From the NCBI GenBank assembly GCA_048886685.1, contig JBHLKM010000002.1:167532-231531 (forward strand): DNA of 64,000 nucleotides, read 5' to 3'. The position numbers were made by a program, and so were the translations under genes. Source of the DNA: Candidatus Hodarchaeota archaeon (GTDB lineage Archaea; Asgardarchaeota; Lokiarchaeia; Sigyniarchaeales; SOKP01). Within the stretch, counting starts at the first letter, position 1. Each line of letters starts with the position of its first letter. The notes below the pieces were generated by a model, which did no database searches, was not told the origin of the DNA, and was given only the letters and a program-made list of their open reading frames with translations. This document shows positions 20,049 to 30,733 of the stretch, one piece after another.

Positions 20049-22187
20049 ATGATAGAAGATGTACCAATCATTTTAATAGTTGCGTTAATTGCAGGAATAC
20101 TTTCTATTGCGATGGCAATGTACTTTAGATACTTGGTTTTAAAGGAAGATCCTGGAAATGAAAGAATGCAAGAGGTTGCTGGCTATATTGAAGAAGGTGC
20201 CGAGACCTACATTAAAGTTCAATATAAGATATTAGGCATTTTTGTGGGAGTTCTTGCAATTGCTATGTTATTCCTTCCATCCCCTCTTAAAGAAAGCGAC
20301 ACCTATAACAGATTGATTGATGATGCTTTAAATTGGGAACAAATGTTTGCTTATTTAATTGGTGCTGTTGGCTCTATGTTTGCAGGTTGGCTAGGAATGT
20401 ATGTGGGCGTGAAAGCAAATACAAGAGCAGCTCAAGGATGCACTATTAGTACAAAGAAAGGTTTCGATATAGCTTTCTTTGGTGGATCTGTTATGGGACT
20501 TGCTGTAGTTGGAGTTGCATTAATTGGGGTCTCAGTTTTGTATTGGATTATTCCAGATCCTATGATCGTATTAGGATTTAGTTTTGGTGCAAGTAGTGTT
20601 GCGTTGTTCATGAAATGTGGTGGCGGTATCTACACTAAGACGGCTGATGTTGGTGCTGACTTAGTAGGAAAAGCAGAATATGACCTCCCAGAAGACGATC
20701 CTCGTAATCCTGCAACTATTGCTGACAATGTAGGTGATAATGTAGGAGATATTGCAGGAATGGGTAGTGATTTATTTGACTCATATGTTGCCTCTATTGT
20801 GGCAGCTATGATGCTTGCCGCAACTTTAGCCCTCGCGGACACGGTATGGGAATTTATGTCAGACACAGTTAGATATACATTTGTTGTATTCCCTGTTGTA
20901 TTATGTGGTGTCGGACTGATGGCATCACTACTTGGAATTTGGTATATAAAATGGAAAGGATCCGAAGAACCTGGTAAAGCCTTAAATACAGGAACCTATA
21001 TTTCTACATTATTGTTTGCGGGATTAGCAACATTATTTACTTTGATAATGGTTATTGGATTACCGGAAGATGAAATAATATTCCTTTGGAAACTTTGTGG
21101 GAGCACTATTATTGGACTTCTTGCTGGCATTATTCTTGGTCTTACAAGTGATTATTTCACAAGAGATGATAAAAAACCAACTAGAAAAATGGCAGAAGCA
21201 GCTCAAGAAGGACATGCTGTTGTTATACTCAGTGGTTTTTCTTATGGTTTACTGAGTGTAGTCCCACCTGCTATTGGAATTGTTATAGCAATGGCGTTTG
21301 CATATCTATTAGGAGGTGTATTTGGAGTAGCAATGGCTGCAGTCGGTATGCTTGCGATTGTAGGAACCATCGTATCTAATGATGCATATGGTCCTATTGT
21401 AGATAATGCTAGAGGGATAGCAGAACAAGGAGATTTAGGAGATGATATAATACGTACAGCAGACCGATTAGATTCTGCAGGAAATACTGCTAAAGCAATC
21501 ACAAAGGGTTTTGCGATAGGAGCAGCAAATTTAACAGTACTTGCATTGCTCTTTTCATTTACTACTGAAGCTAATGACATAGAACCTGGTACGATTAATG
21601 TTATGGATCTCCTTACTTTAAATGTATTAATAGGAGCTTTTATAGGAGTTGTAGTACCTGCTTTGTTCTCAGCATTATTAATCCTAGCAGTACAGAGAAA
21701 TGCGGCTAAGATGGTTGATGAAATTAGAAGACAATTCGAAACAAATCCAAAAATATTAAAAGGAGAAGAAGCAGCTGATTTTAGTAAGACTATTGATATT
21801 GCTACTAAAGGTTCTTTAAGAGAACTAATAATACCAAGTATTATTTCAATAATTATCCCTATAACCGTTGGAATCATATTTGGAGTTGCGGCATTAGGTG
21901 CATTCTTAGCTGGTGCTATCCTCTCGGGTTTTGTTTTCGCGATCATGATGTCGAACGCTGGTGGTGCATGGGATAATGCTAAAAAATGGATTGAGGATGG
22001 AAATCTTGGAGGTAAAGGTACTGAGGTACATAAAGCTTCCATAACTGGTGATACAGTTGGAGATCCATTCAAGGATACCGCAGGTCCAAGCATTAATACT
22101 TTATTAGTTGTAATGTCTTTAACAGCATCTATCTTTCTCGGATTCTTAATGCTTTTTGGTAATGGTGCAGGTCTCTTAGTGTTCTGA
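20049..22187 (+). CDS. hppA: membrane-bound pyrophosphatase, K+-independent H+-PPase type
   Basis: GGGIYTKTADVGADLVGK, EDDPRNPATIADNVGDNVGD, GDTVGDPFKDTAGP; Lys in GNTAKA marks the K+-independent type. Confidence 0.95.
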   Translation: MIEDVPIILIVALIAGILSIAMAMYFRYLVLKEDPGNERMQEVAGYIEEGAETYIKVQYKILGIFVGVLAIAMLFLPSPLKESDTYNRLIDDALNWEQMFAYLIGAVGSMFAGWLGMYVGVKANTRAAQGCTISTKKGFDIAFFGGSVMGLAVVGVALIGVSVLYWIIPDPMIVLGFSFGASSVALFMKCGGGIYTKTADVGADLVGKAEYDLPEDDPRNPATIADNVGDNVGDIAGMGSDLFDSYVASIVAAMMLAATLALADTVWEFMSDTVRYTFVVFPVVLCGVGLMASLLGIWYIKWKGSEEPGKALNTGTYISTLLFAGLATLFTLIMVIGLPEDEIIFLWKLCGSTIIGLLAGIILGLTSDYFTRDDKKPTRKMAEAAQEGHAVVILSGFSYGLLSVVPPAIGIVIAMAFAYLLGGVFGVAMAAVGMLAIVGTIVSNDAYGPIVDNARGIAEQGDLGDDIIRTADRLDSAGNTAKAITKGFAIGAANLTVLALLFSFTTEANDIEPGTINVMDLLTLNVLIGAFIGVVVPALFSALLILAVQRNAAKMVDEIRRQFETNPKILKGEEAADFSKTIDIATKGSLRELIIPSIISIIIPITVGIIFGVAALGAFLAGAILSGFVFAIMMSNAGGAWDNAKKWIEDGNLGGKGTEVHKASITGDTVGDPFKDTAGPSINTLLVVMSLTASIFLGFLMLFGNGAGLLVF

Positions 22188-22319
22188 TCTAAAATCAAAT
22201 TACTTAAATAGCCAATAAATTATTCTTTTTTTTATATTTTTTTTATTTTGAATGATTAGTAGTAAATTATTTAGAGAATAAGATTATTATATAGTAAACT
22301 CATTTTTTAGGATAAAACA

Positions 22320-23117
22320 ATGAATAACATTCTTAACAAAATATCTTCAAAAACAATAAAAGCCTATATCGAGCAAAATATTGATGATTTTTATACTAAA
22401 TCTTCTCAACATCCCAATTTCATATCTCACTTAGAGGATAAAATTAGCTGGGTGGATAGTAGGAATGCAGATTGGCCAAAATGTATATATAGAGCCGATT
22501 TTGAAAAATTAAATGCAGAAAATGAGATTTCCGATATAAAAAGATTAATCCAAGAAGGTAAAGCCCCTAATGGTTGGACAATAGGACCACTAACTAAACC
22601 TGACAATTTAGGATTGATTCTCGAGAAAAATGGTTTTGTTAATGTTTATCAACAATCCGGAATGGCTGCTAATTTGAAAGATCTAAAGAAAAAAATATTA
22701 GATGATAGCAAGTTATTAGTAGAAATTGTTGATAACGAGGATTCTCTAAAAAATTGGATAACGGTTGTATCATCGGTTTTTGGAATAAAAATTGATTCTG
22801 AATTAATTATATTTTTGTTTTTAGAACCAGAAGTAAAATTCTATATAGGTAATTTTAAAGGAAAAATGGTTTCAGCTCTAATTTTGTATCTGTCCTCGGG
22901 AGTAGCAGGTCTTCATGCAGTATCTACACTATCAGAATATAGAAACAGGGGATTCGGTCTTACAATAAGTAGAGCAGCATTAATAGATGCCCTTAAAAAT
23001 GATTATAAAGTTGGAGTACTTCAAGCGTCATCACTAGGAGAGAGAGTATATCGAAAATTAGGTTTTAAAAAATATTGTGATATTATTTCATATGAATTAA
23101 GTACTCAGATTAACTAA
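22320..23117 (+). CDS. GNAT family acetyltransferase
   Basis: AGLHAVSTLSEYRNRGFG, LQASSLGERVYRKLGF. Confidence 0.85.
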   Translation: MNNILNKISSKTIKAYIEQNIDDFYTKSSQHPNFISHLEDKISWVDSRNADWPKCIYRADFEKLNAENEISDIKRLIQEGKAPNGWTIGPLTKPDNLGLILEKNGFVNVYQQSGMAANLKDLKKKILDDSKLLVEIVDNEDSLKNWITVVSSVFGIKIDSELIIFLFLEPEVKFYIGNFKGKMVSALILYLSSGVAGLHAVSTLSEYRNRGFGLTISRAALIDALKNDYKVGVLQASSLGERVYRKLGFKKYCDIISYELSTQIN

Positions 23118-23171
23118 ATATATGATTCACTTAGAGACAAAAATTTAAATATTTATTTTACCTTTAGAAAC

Positions 23172-23500
23172 GAGACGAGTGAGATATGGAGCTGACGGTG
23201 GGTTTAACCCGCTGAGGAACTTCGCCCCACTCTCCAAGTAAGGAGTAGATAACTACTACGATGAGAATCGTATTTTAGCAACTGAAACGACACTGCCTTT
23301 CTACATATATTAATGACTTGGATAAGCCAAAGAAATTGTAGGAAGGAATGGTTGGAACGAGCTAAAACCTTGGTGTAAGGCCAAATGAAAGTGATGAGGT
23401 ACTTGGAGCGAACTTTAGGTAGGCCGCATAGTTTGATGCTCCAACTGTTATCTGGTGACAGGTACAGTACAGAAGGGCGGGTATATATCTCAAGCGTCTT
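23172..23500 (+). ncRNA. rnpB: archaeal RNase P RNA
   Basis: GC-enriched non-coding island. Terminal P1 helix gagacg..tgagatat / atatctca..cgtctt; P4 halves GAGGAACTTCGCCC and ACAGAAGGGCGGGTAT; GCAACTGAAAC-like conserved element; T-rich tract downstream. Confidence 0.9.
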
Positions 23501-23566
23501 TCTATCTTTTATTAAAAAAAATGTTCATATAAAACTTATAAAATAAAAAAAAAGGAAAAAAATTAT

Positions 23567-25963
23567 TTATTTATGTCTTAATTTACTCCTTTTTACTTTG
23601 ATTCCTACCATTGAAATCCCTATGATTGACGCAATTAAGATTAGTAAATCATAACCAGGGATCATCCCAATTTCTTCAGGTTCTCGAGTTGCCCACCATA
23701 GATTATAGACGTTTCCTGAATTATCTCCAAAAACTCTAATATAATAAGTCCCATTTGACACTTCTTGGATAATGTGATCATTATCAGTTAGTGTAAAGTT
23801 TGTCGCAATTTTGTTAAGATTCCAATCATAGACTTCAAAACCCATTAAACCTTCAGCAGAATCGTAAAAAACCCATACAACTAATTCTAAATTTGAGCCA
23901 TCTACATAAATTTCATACCAATCTTCATCATATTGTAATGCGAGTCCATTTAATTCCCATAAGGATATCTCCGGTGAATATGAAATGTCATAAGCAGATG
24001 ATGGGTTATTATTCAATTCATAATTATCATCAGATCTTAGATCAGTTCTCAGATCGTCCCACCACATATCATACTCATTTCCCCAATCATAGCCGTAAAC
24101 CAATATAGCATAAAATCCTGGATGTGGGAGCATATAATCAATATATTCATCATCCGTATTTGAATTATTACCTGTAATCCACAAACCATTTTGATCATAA
24201 ATATCAACACCTATGTCTCCTAAAGAATGGTTAAATTTAAGTTCAAGAATTAAACGCTCGAAGCCTGGAGTTATATCAATGATATACCAATCATTATTTC
24301 CCTGAACAGCCAATCCTAAATGATCACTTAGCCAAGTCTGCTCATATTCAATAAGAAGAGATGGATGGTCTTTATAATCCTTAATCATATTTGGTTCATC
24401 ATTAAACTCATAAAAATCATCCTTTAGCCATATACTTAAATCATAACGTACCTCGGAATCTCCGAACTTATGATACACTCTAATTCGCCAATCTCCTGAA
24501 ACATCTGCCTTAAAGGTGATAAATTCACTATTAGTATTAGAATAAGATCCCATTCGATGACTTTCATATGGATCATATAGTTCTAACTCTAAGTTACCAA
24601 CTTCATTCTTAAAGAAAATACTAATATCAATTATATCCCCAGAATCTAAATATGTATGAAACCAATCCTCATCATCCTTCACAAGTTTCAAACCAGGATA
24701 CCAATTTGGATTAACCCACCATGAACTCCAATAACCATCATTTTCTTCCATCCAATCATCACCAGGACCTCCTGCATTTAACCAAATATCTAAGTCATAC
24801 CATACCTCCGAATCTCCATTTACATGATAAACTCGAATTCTCCAATCCCCCGACACATCTGCTGTATATGAAATAAATTCGTTATTATCAACAGAATATG
24901 ACCCTATTCGAAGTGAATTGGAAGGATCATAAAGCTCTAAATCTAAATCACCCTCCATATGGTTGAAAAAAATGCTAACATCAATAATATCACCGGGATA
25001 TAATTTTAAATGAAACCAATCCTCGTCAAAAAAGACTATCCTCAGCCCAGAGTGGTAATTTGGATCAATCCACTTAGAACTCCAAAAATCATCATTTTCT
25101 TCCATCCAATCATCTGAAATACTTGGAATAAGATCTTCCCATCTTAAATCATATGTATTGCCGGCATTTTCTCCATAGACATGTATGTAATACCATCCTG
25201 ACCAAGGAACGTTAGTATCAATACAAGTATCGTTTGTCCATGCTATCCAATTAAGGGTCATACCATCATAATAGTAAATTTCAAAGTCTATATCACCTTC
25301 TGAATGTGTGTGATACACGTCCACATGTAGACGCATTTCTCCTGGATCAACCCATGTCATATACCAATCATCATCCGCTTGAATTCCTAAGTGAGATGCA
25401 TTTTCATTACCCGAAATATCATATGCCATCGTCCAGTCGTCATTTTCTTCATATAAATCATCAGTTGGCATAGAAGTATTCCACCATAAGTCATAGATAT
25501 TTCCCATATTATCCAAATATACCCTCAATAAGTATAATCCTGGTGAAGGAACTGCTGTATCAATGTATTCATTATCAATTACATCATAACTTCCTGTAAG
25601 TGGGACTGAGCCATTAATATCATAAAGCTCTAGATCAATATCACCTTCAGAATGGTTAAAAGTTAGAACTACACTAAGATGCTCTTTTCCAGGGACTATA
25701 TTTATCATGTACCAGTCATCATCCCATTGCGTCCCTGTTCCATTAAGAAAACTAAGCCAATTTCCTTCATTTGATGTTATATCGTAAGGAGTTGTAGGAC
25801 TATTATTGGGTTCATAATTATCTTCTGGTGCGCTCGTAAAAATTGAATTTCCATCAGATACCGGGTTTTTATTTAGATTAGGAAAGAATAGAACACCTAT
25901 AACAACTATAAGGAGTAAAAATGAAACACCTAAACCCCGTTTATAGATTTTCTTAAAATCCAT
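23567..25963 (-). CDS. cell-surface protein with six PPC/collagen-binding-like repeats and a Loki-CTERM-like anchor
   Basis: N-terminal signal/TM; six roughly 115-130 aa repeats (DDxYExND...DxDWY...GDIDLELYD...GxYxIRV); C-terminal IPGY + TM + basic tail. Confidence 0.85.
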   Translation of the reverse strand: MDFKKIYKRGLGVSFLLLIVVIGVLFFPNLNKNPVSDGNSIFTSAPEDNYEPNNSPTTPYDITSNEGNWLSFLNGTGTQWDDDWYMINIVPGKEHLSVVLTFNHSEGDIDLELYDINGSVPLTGSYDVIDNEYIDTAVPSPGLYLLRVYLDNMGNIYDLWWNTSMPTDDLYEENDDWTMAYDISGNENASHLGIQADDDWYMTWVDPGEMRLHVDVYHTHSEGDIDFEIYYYDGMTLNWIAWTNDTCIDTNVPWSGWYYIHVYGENAGNTYDLRWEDLIPSISDDWMEENDDFWSSKWIDPNYHSGLRIVFFDEDWFHLKLYPGDIIDVSIFFNHMEGDLDLELYDPSNSLRIGSYSVDNNEFISYTADVSGDWRIRVYHVNGDSEVWYDLDIWLNAGGPGDDWMEENDGYWSSWWVNPNWYPGLKLVKDDEDWFHTYLDSGDIIDISIFFKNEVGNLELELYDPYESHRMGSYSNTNSEFITFKADVSGDWRIRVYHKFGDSEVRYDLSIWLKDDFYEFNDEPNMIKDYKDHPSLLIEYEQTWLSDHLGLAVQGNNDWYIIDITPGFERLILELKFNHSLGDIGVDIYDQNGLWITGNNSNTDDEYIDYMLPHPGFYAILVYGYDWGNEYDMWWDDLRTDLRSDDNYELNNNPSSAYDISYSPEISLWELNGLALQYDEDWYEIYVDGSNLELVVWVFYDSAEGLMGFEVYDWNLNKIATNFTLTDNDHIIQEVSNGTYYIRVFGDNSGNVYNLWWATREPEEIGMIPGYDLLILIASIIGISMVGIKVKRSKLRHK

Positions 25964-26106
25964 ACCATTCTAATCACGTTCTACCCTTATAAATTTTAAC
26001 AAAACAGTAGAATGGGAATTATAGAAGAACAAATTAAAGTAAAAAAAACTCAAAAAAGGTTATTAGGCGATTCTCCATTAAGATTATTATTCCAACTTAC
26101 GATAAA

Positions 26107-26313
26107 TTATCTTTTCAATACTAATTTGGCAAAATATTCGATATCTCTATTGTAAGATTTCTCAGCTTCTTTTGAAATCTTAGCGAAAGCACACCCTGGT
26201 AGCTGATCCATAGAAAGATGATACTCTAAACATTCACAACATTTACCTCTTCTTTGGCAGTCATATGTGCAAGCGCACTCCTTTTTTCTAACATCTTGAT
26301 TACATTCAATCAT
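26107..26313 (-). CDS. small Cys-rich protein (DUF6485-like)
   Basis: CACTYDCQRRGKCCECLEYH...LPGCAF...AEKSYNR. Confidence 0.75.
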   Translation of the reverse strand: MIECNQDVRKKECACTYDCQRRGKCCECLEYHLSMDQLPGCAFAKISKEAEKSYNRDIEYFAKLVLKR

Positions 26314-26388
26314 TTTTTCTTAATCAACTAAAATCTATATATATAATTTTAAAGGAGAGTAATTTTGAAATATAATTTATTGAAATTA

Positions 26389-26526
26389 TTACTTTTCTAA
26401 AAGACTAAAGGAACAATCGTCGCCTCCACATCCCGGACATTTAAATCCTTCATCTGGAAAGTCATCTGTCTCAAATTCATGACCACATTTATCACATTTC
26501 CAGTTCAAAAATAAATCTCCTTTCAT
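26389..26526 (-). CDS. small rubredoxin/zinc-ribbon-like protein (absent from ORF track)
   Basis: Translated by hand: MKGDLFLNWKCDKCGHEFETDDFPDEGFKCPGCGGDDCSFSLLEK*. A TTG start after AAAGGAG is also possible. Confidence 0.75.
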   Translation of the reverse strand: MKGDLFLNWKCDKCGHEFETDDFPDEGFKCPGCGGDDCSFSLLEK

Positions 26527-26634
26527 ACTATAAGAAAAGATCCTACTTAATAAAATAAAAATATTCTTAATATAAATTTTCGTACGAGTAAAAGCTCACA
26601 CTTTTGGATATATATAAAGTTCTGTAATATTTCA

Positions 26635-27180
26635 CTATATTAATGAAATTATCTTTTGATAAGTATTTTGATAATTTTGGCGATTTAAGTTGAAAAGTTT
26701 AACATCTGGGAGTTTTAATAAACGATCTTTTATTGAATGCTTAATTGTTAAACCGATTGTGGCGATAATTGAAATATTAGATTTAAACATATTCATTATG
26801 AATTCTTGAAATTTATCAGAGAAAAGTTCCATTTTTCCAATCTCATCAATTATAATCAAATCCTCTTGATGATATCTAATGTTCTTAAAATTAGCGAGAA
26901 ATTTCTCGAATCTCTCTATGAAAACATGATATTTTCCTACACGATGTTTAGTATCAAAATTACCTTTTCTTGCTAACTTTTCCCTTTCTTTTGTTTTTAT
27001 ATTTAAGAGATCGAATCCAATTCTATTATGTCCCTCTCTAACTTCTGGAGTTAAAAAGCCATATACAGAAATTTGTCTATTAGAAAAATGTTCAATTAAT
27101 TTACCTATTAAAGTTGACTTACCACTTCGAGGAGGACCAGTAATTAGAATTTTAGTATTCATAGAGTCATCATTGATCAA
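26635..27180 (-). CDS. THEP1/NTPase_1 family nucleoside triphosphatase
   Basis: ITGPPRSGKST, GFLTPEVRE, RIGF, IIIDEIGKMEL; start probably at MNTK. Confidence 0.9.
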   Translation of the reverse strand: MINDDSMNTKILITGPPRSGKSTLIGKLIEHFSNRQISVYGFLTPEVREGHNRIGFDLLNIKTKEREKLARKGNFDTKHRVGKYHVFIERFEKFLANFKNIRYHQEDLIIIDEIGKMELFSDKFQEFIMNMFKSNISIIATIGLTIKHSIKDRLLKLPDVKLFNLNRQNYQNTYQKIISLI

Positions 27181-27268
27181 AATTTTATATATTATAGGAT
27201 CATAAGAAGAAATTAACTAATAAATTAATAATTAGACTGTTAAAAACAACGAAGAAAATGATAATAAG

Positions 27269-28216
27269 ATGAAGAGTTCAACTTTTACTTTTACTGATAA
27301 AGATAGGATTGAGATCTTTGTGTACAAATGGGAACCCGATGCTGAACCAAAAGCAGTTATTCAGATACTTCATGGATTAGCAGAACATGCGAAAAGATAT
27401 ACTCGAGTAGCGGAAGCTTTATGTAAAGAAGGATATATTTGCTATGCAGATGATCATAGAGGACATGGTTTAACTGCGGGAGATCTAACAGAAGCTACTT
27501 TAGATGGTAATGCCGGAGTTTTGGGATCAAATGGATGGAGAGGAGTAGTAAATGATGCTCATGAATTATCAATAATTACTAAAAAAGAAAATCCCAATCT
27601 ACCTTTATTCCTCTTAGGGCATTCGTGGGGGGCCATGCTAACACAAGATTATATTCAAGAGTGGGGAAATGAAATTCAGGGGTGTATCTTAAGTGGAACC
27701 AATGGAATATCAGATAAATCGATACGTGAAGAGGGTATAAAAATCGCTAAGGGAGAGATTGAAAAAATAGGACCAACAGCACCAAGCACAAAATTGGATA
27801 ATATGTCATTTAAATCAATTAATAAACGATGGCAGAATGAGGATGGTGCTACTGGATTTGAATGGCTCAGTAGAGATAAGGCAGAAGTTCAGAAATATAT
27901 TGATGATCCATGGTGTGGATTTATTGGTCCTGCGACACTTTGGTTGGAATTATTTAAGGGAAACGAAAAAATCTATAATCCAGAATATGAAAAGAAGATA
28001 CCAAAAGAACTACCTATTTATATTATATCTGGAACACTGGATCCAGTGGGAAATTATAGTTTTGGTATCATAGACATAGTTAATCGCTTTAAAAATTATG
28101 GCATTAAAGATGTGACTCATAAGCTTTATAAAAATGCCAGGCATGAGCTCTTTAATGAAATTAACCGCAATGAAGTTTTTGAAGATTTAACTAGTTGGCT
28201 GAATTCTCACTTATAA
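27269..28216 (+). CDS. alpha/beta hydrolase, lysophospholipase/monoacylglycerol lipase family
   Basis: HGLAEH, DHRGHG, GHSWG nucleophile motif, ARHELFNE. Confidence 0.9.
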   Translation: MKSSTFTFTDKDRIEIFVYKWEPDAEPKAVIQILHGLAEHAKRYTRVAEALCKEGYICYADDHRGHGLTAGDLTEATLDGNAGVLGSNGWRGVVNDAHELSIITKKENPNLPLFLLGHSWGAMLTQDYIQEWGNEIQGCILSGTNGISDKSIREEGIKIAKGEIEKIGPTAPSTKLDNMSFKSINKRWQNEDGATGFEWLSRDKAEVQKYIDDPWCGFIGPATLWLELFKGNEKIYNPEYEKKIPKELPIYIISGTLDPVGNYSFGIIDIVNRFKNYGIKDVTHKLYKNARHELFNEINRNEVFEDLTSWLNSHL

Positions 28217-28221
28217 ATTCT

Positions 28222-29352
28222 TTATTTATTTAGCTCTTGAAATTTCAATAATAATTCTTTTTGTTTTTCTGATATTTTTTTCGGTATTTCAATGTTTACA
28301 ATTATATATTGATCTCCTCTCCCTCTTCCACGCATATAAGAAACCCCTCGATTTTTGATTCGAAATTCTGTTCCTGGTTGAGTTCCAGCTGGAATTGACA
28401 ATTCTTTTTCCGTTAAAATCTTTTCTTTATAATCTAGAGTAGGAACCATAATTTTTCCGCCTACAATTGCAGTGACTATATCAATATTAGTAGGAGTATA
28501 GAGATCATTCCCTCTCCGTATAAATTTTTCATTATCTATTATTCTAATTCCTAAATAAAGATCACCCGGTATTGCATTAATAGAAGGAACATGTCCTGCA
28601 CCTTGTACTTTTAGATGTACACCATCTTCCACACCTTCTGGAATCGAAACATGAATCGTTTTTTCTTCAGGCACTACTTTTGTACCATCGCAAACCTTGC
28701 ATTTTTTCTCAATTACTTTTCCAGTTCCATCACATGAATAACAACCTGATTCTCTAATAATTGTACCAAATCCAGATTGTGTCATTTTTCTAATTCTCCC
28801 TGTTCCCTGGCATTCCGGACAATTAACTACACTTGAGGGATCTTCTGCTCCTGTTCCTTCGCATTCATCGCAGGGTGTGTATCGTTCTATCAGAACATCT
28901 TTTTTTACCCCAAACATTGCCTCCTCAAAGCTTATTTCTACATGATCCTCAATGTCTTGTCCTACTTCTCGACGTGGTGCGGTTCTTCTTCTAGCTCGCG
29001 AACCTATACCACCAAAACCAAAATCATTGAAACCCCCAAAAGGACTAAACTCACCAAAAATACTTTTAAAGAGTTCATCAATACCAGGTATTCCACCTGA
29101 AAAGAAGTCACTCATATCGATTTGCACTCCACCATGTCCAAAGCGATCATAATTTCTTCTTTTATTCTCATCACTTAATACTTCATAAGCTTCTTGAATT
29201 TCAATAAATTTTTCTTTTGCATTTGGATCCGTTTTATTCATATCTGGATGATATTTTCTTGCTAATCTACGATAAGCTAGCTTGATATCATTTGTGGATG
29301 CCTCCTTATCTACTCCTAGTACTTCATAGTAATCTCTCTTCTTAGAACTCAT
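28222..29352 (-). CDS. dnaJ: chaperone DnaJ
   Basis: J domain with HPD, G/F-rich region, four CxxCxGx(G) repeats. Confidence 0.95.
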   Translation of the reverse strand: MSSKKRDYYEVLGVDKEASTNDIKLAYRRLARKYHPDMNKTDPNAKEKFIEIQEAYEVLSDENKRRNYDRFGHGGVQIDMSDFFSGGIPGIDELFKSIFGEFSPFGGFNDFGFGGIGSRARRRTAPRREVGQDIEDHVEISFEEAMFGVKKDVLIERYTPCDECEGTGAEDPSSVVNCPECQGTGRIRKMTQSGFGTIIRESGCYSCDGTGKVIEKKCKVCDGTKVVPEEKTIHVSIPEGVEDGVHLKVQGAGHVPSINAIPGDLYLGIRIIDNEKFIRRGNDLYTPTNIDIVTAIVGGKIMVPTLDYKEKILTEKELSIPAGTQPGTEFRIKNRGVSYMRGRGRGDQYIIVNIEIPKKISEKQKELLLKFQELNK

Positions 29353-29564
29353 GATGTCTTTGTCCCTTATTATTTTAAAATAAGCTTGAAAATCAATTAA
29401 TTAAAATTGTTTATGGAATTTATTTTTTTAGGTAATAATAATATATAAAACATTTGTACAGTTTAATATCAATACAGAGACTTCTAAATCTGTAATAGAA
29501 AAGAAAAGATTTTAAACATTCAAGTTGAAATTTAATATAAAAAAAAGATAGTACGTATTAGAAT

Positions 29565-30659
29565 ATGATACCAAAAAGAACAAAAAGAATAACTTCTGAA
29601 TGGTTAAATGAAACCCTTCATGAAACCGGATACCTTAAAGATGTAAATATAGAATCTGTATCAAGAGAACCATGGGGTGCTGGGGAAGGATTTGTTAGTG
29701 ATATGGCAAGATTAACTTTAAACTATGATAAAGAGTCCTCCGATCTCCCAAAAACCATGATTGTCAAAATGCCAACGACCTTTAGAACAGCTTTAGCTAT
29801 AGCTGAACAATATAATCTTTATGAGAGGGAAATTAGGTTTTATACAGAAGTAGCACCTAAAAGTCCAATACGAGTCCCAAGTGTTATTCATTATGATTTT
29901 GATAAAGAAGCTAAAAGATATATTCTCATTCTAGAGGATTGTTCTTGTTTTGATCAGATAGACCAAATAAAAGGTTTAAATGAAGAACAAACTAAACAAG
30001 TAATAGATATAATCGTAGAATTTCATGCAAGGTGGTGGGATGCTCCAGATCTTTTTTCCTTTGATTGGATGCCTAAACCTAGGGATGAAGTGTCACAATC
30101 TCTAGCTGAAACTTATCGTACTAGTTGGGATCTTTCAATTAAATCAGAAGAATTTCAAAAAATACTTCCCGAAGGGGGTAAGGAAGCAGGTCAGAAAATT
30201 CATGAATATTTCACTTGGTTGGTTATGACTATACCTGATGAGAATTTAACTATTTCTCATTTTGACTTTCGAGTTGATAATCTGTTCTTCGATTGGGATA
30301 ATAAAGAGGATCCAATTATTATAATTGATTGGGGATCCGCTGTTGTGAATGGAGGTATATTAGATATTGCCTACCTCCTGGGTGAAAGTGTTGAAATCGA
30401 TTTGAGGAGGAAAATTGAAAAGGATATGGTTAAACATTATATCAAACAATTAGAAACTAAAGGAATTACTGGGTATGATTTTGATTACGCATGGGAATTT
30501 TACCTAAGATCTTTAATGTGTTATGCATATATACCTGCTATAGGATTTTCTCAGTTGGATAGAAGTGACCCTAGGGCAATGGAACTATTTGATACAATAA
30601 CCAAACGTCAATTCCAAGCGATTGTTGATAATGATGCTACGAGTATTTGCCCTTCTTAA
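29565..30659 (+). CDS. APH/ecdysteroid-kinase-like (EcKL) phosphotransferase
   Basis: YEREIRFY, LILED, FHARWW, HFDFRVDNLFF, IIDWG. Confidence 0.8.
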   Translation: MIPKRTKRITSEWLNETLHETGYLKDVNIESVSREPWGAGEGFVSDMARLTLNYDKESSDLPKTMIVKMPTTFRTALAIAEQYNLYEREIRFYTEVAPKSPIRVPSVIHYDFDKEAKRYILILEDCSCFDQIDQIKGLNEEQTKQVIDIIVEFHARWWDAPDLFSFDWMPKPRDEVSQSLAETYRTSWDLSIKSEEFQKILPEGGKEAGQKIHEYFTWLVMTIPDENLTISHFDFRVDNLFFDWDNKEDPIIIIDWGSAVVNGGILDIAYLLGESVEIDLRRKIEKDMVKHYIKQLETKGITGYDFDYAWEFYLRSLMCYAYIPAIGFSQLDRSDPRAMELFDTITKRQFQAIVDNDATSICPS

Positions 30660-30733
30660 AAAGATTATCATTAATTATTATCATTTTGTATTATTTTTTT
30701 ATATTCAAATTAAATTATCATAGTTTATTTTAG

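Noticed and set aside
21242-22198. 318-aa antisense ORF
   Set aside because: Shadow of the conserved hppA gene on the opposite strand, with no independent motifs.
23567-25963. DNA repeats as CRISPR or tandem array
   Set aside because: They are diverged in-frame protein domain repeats.
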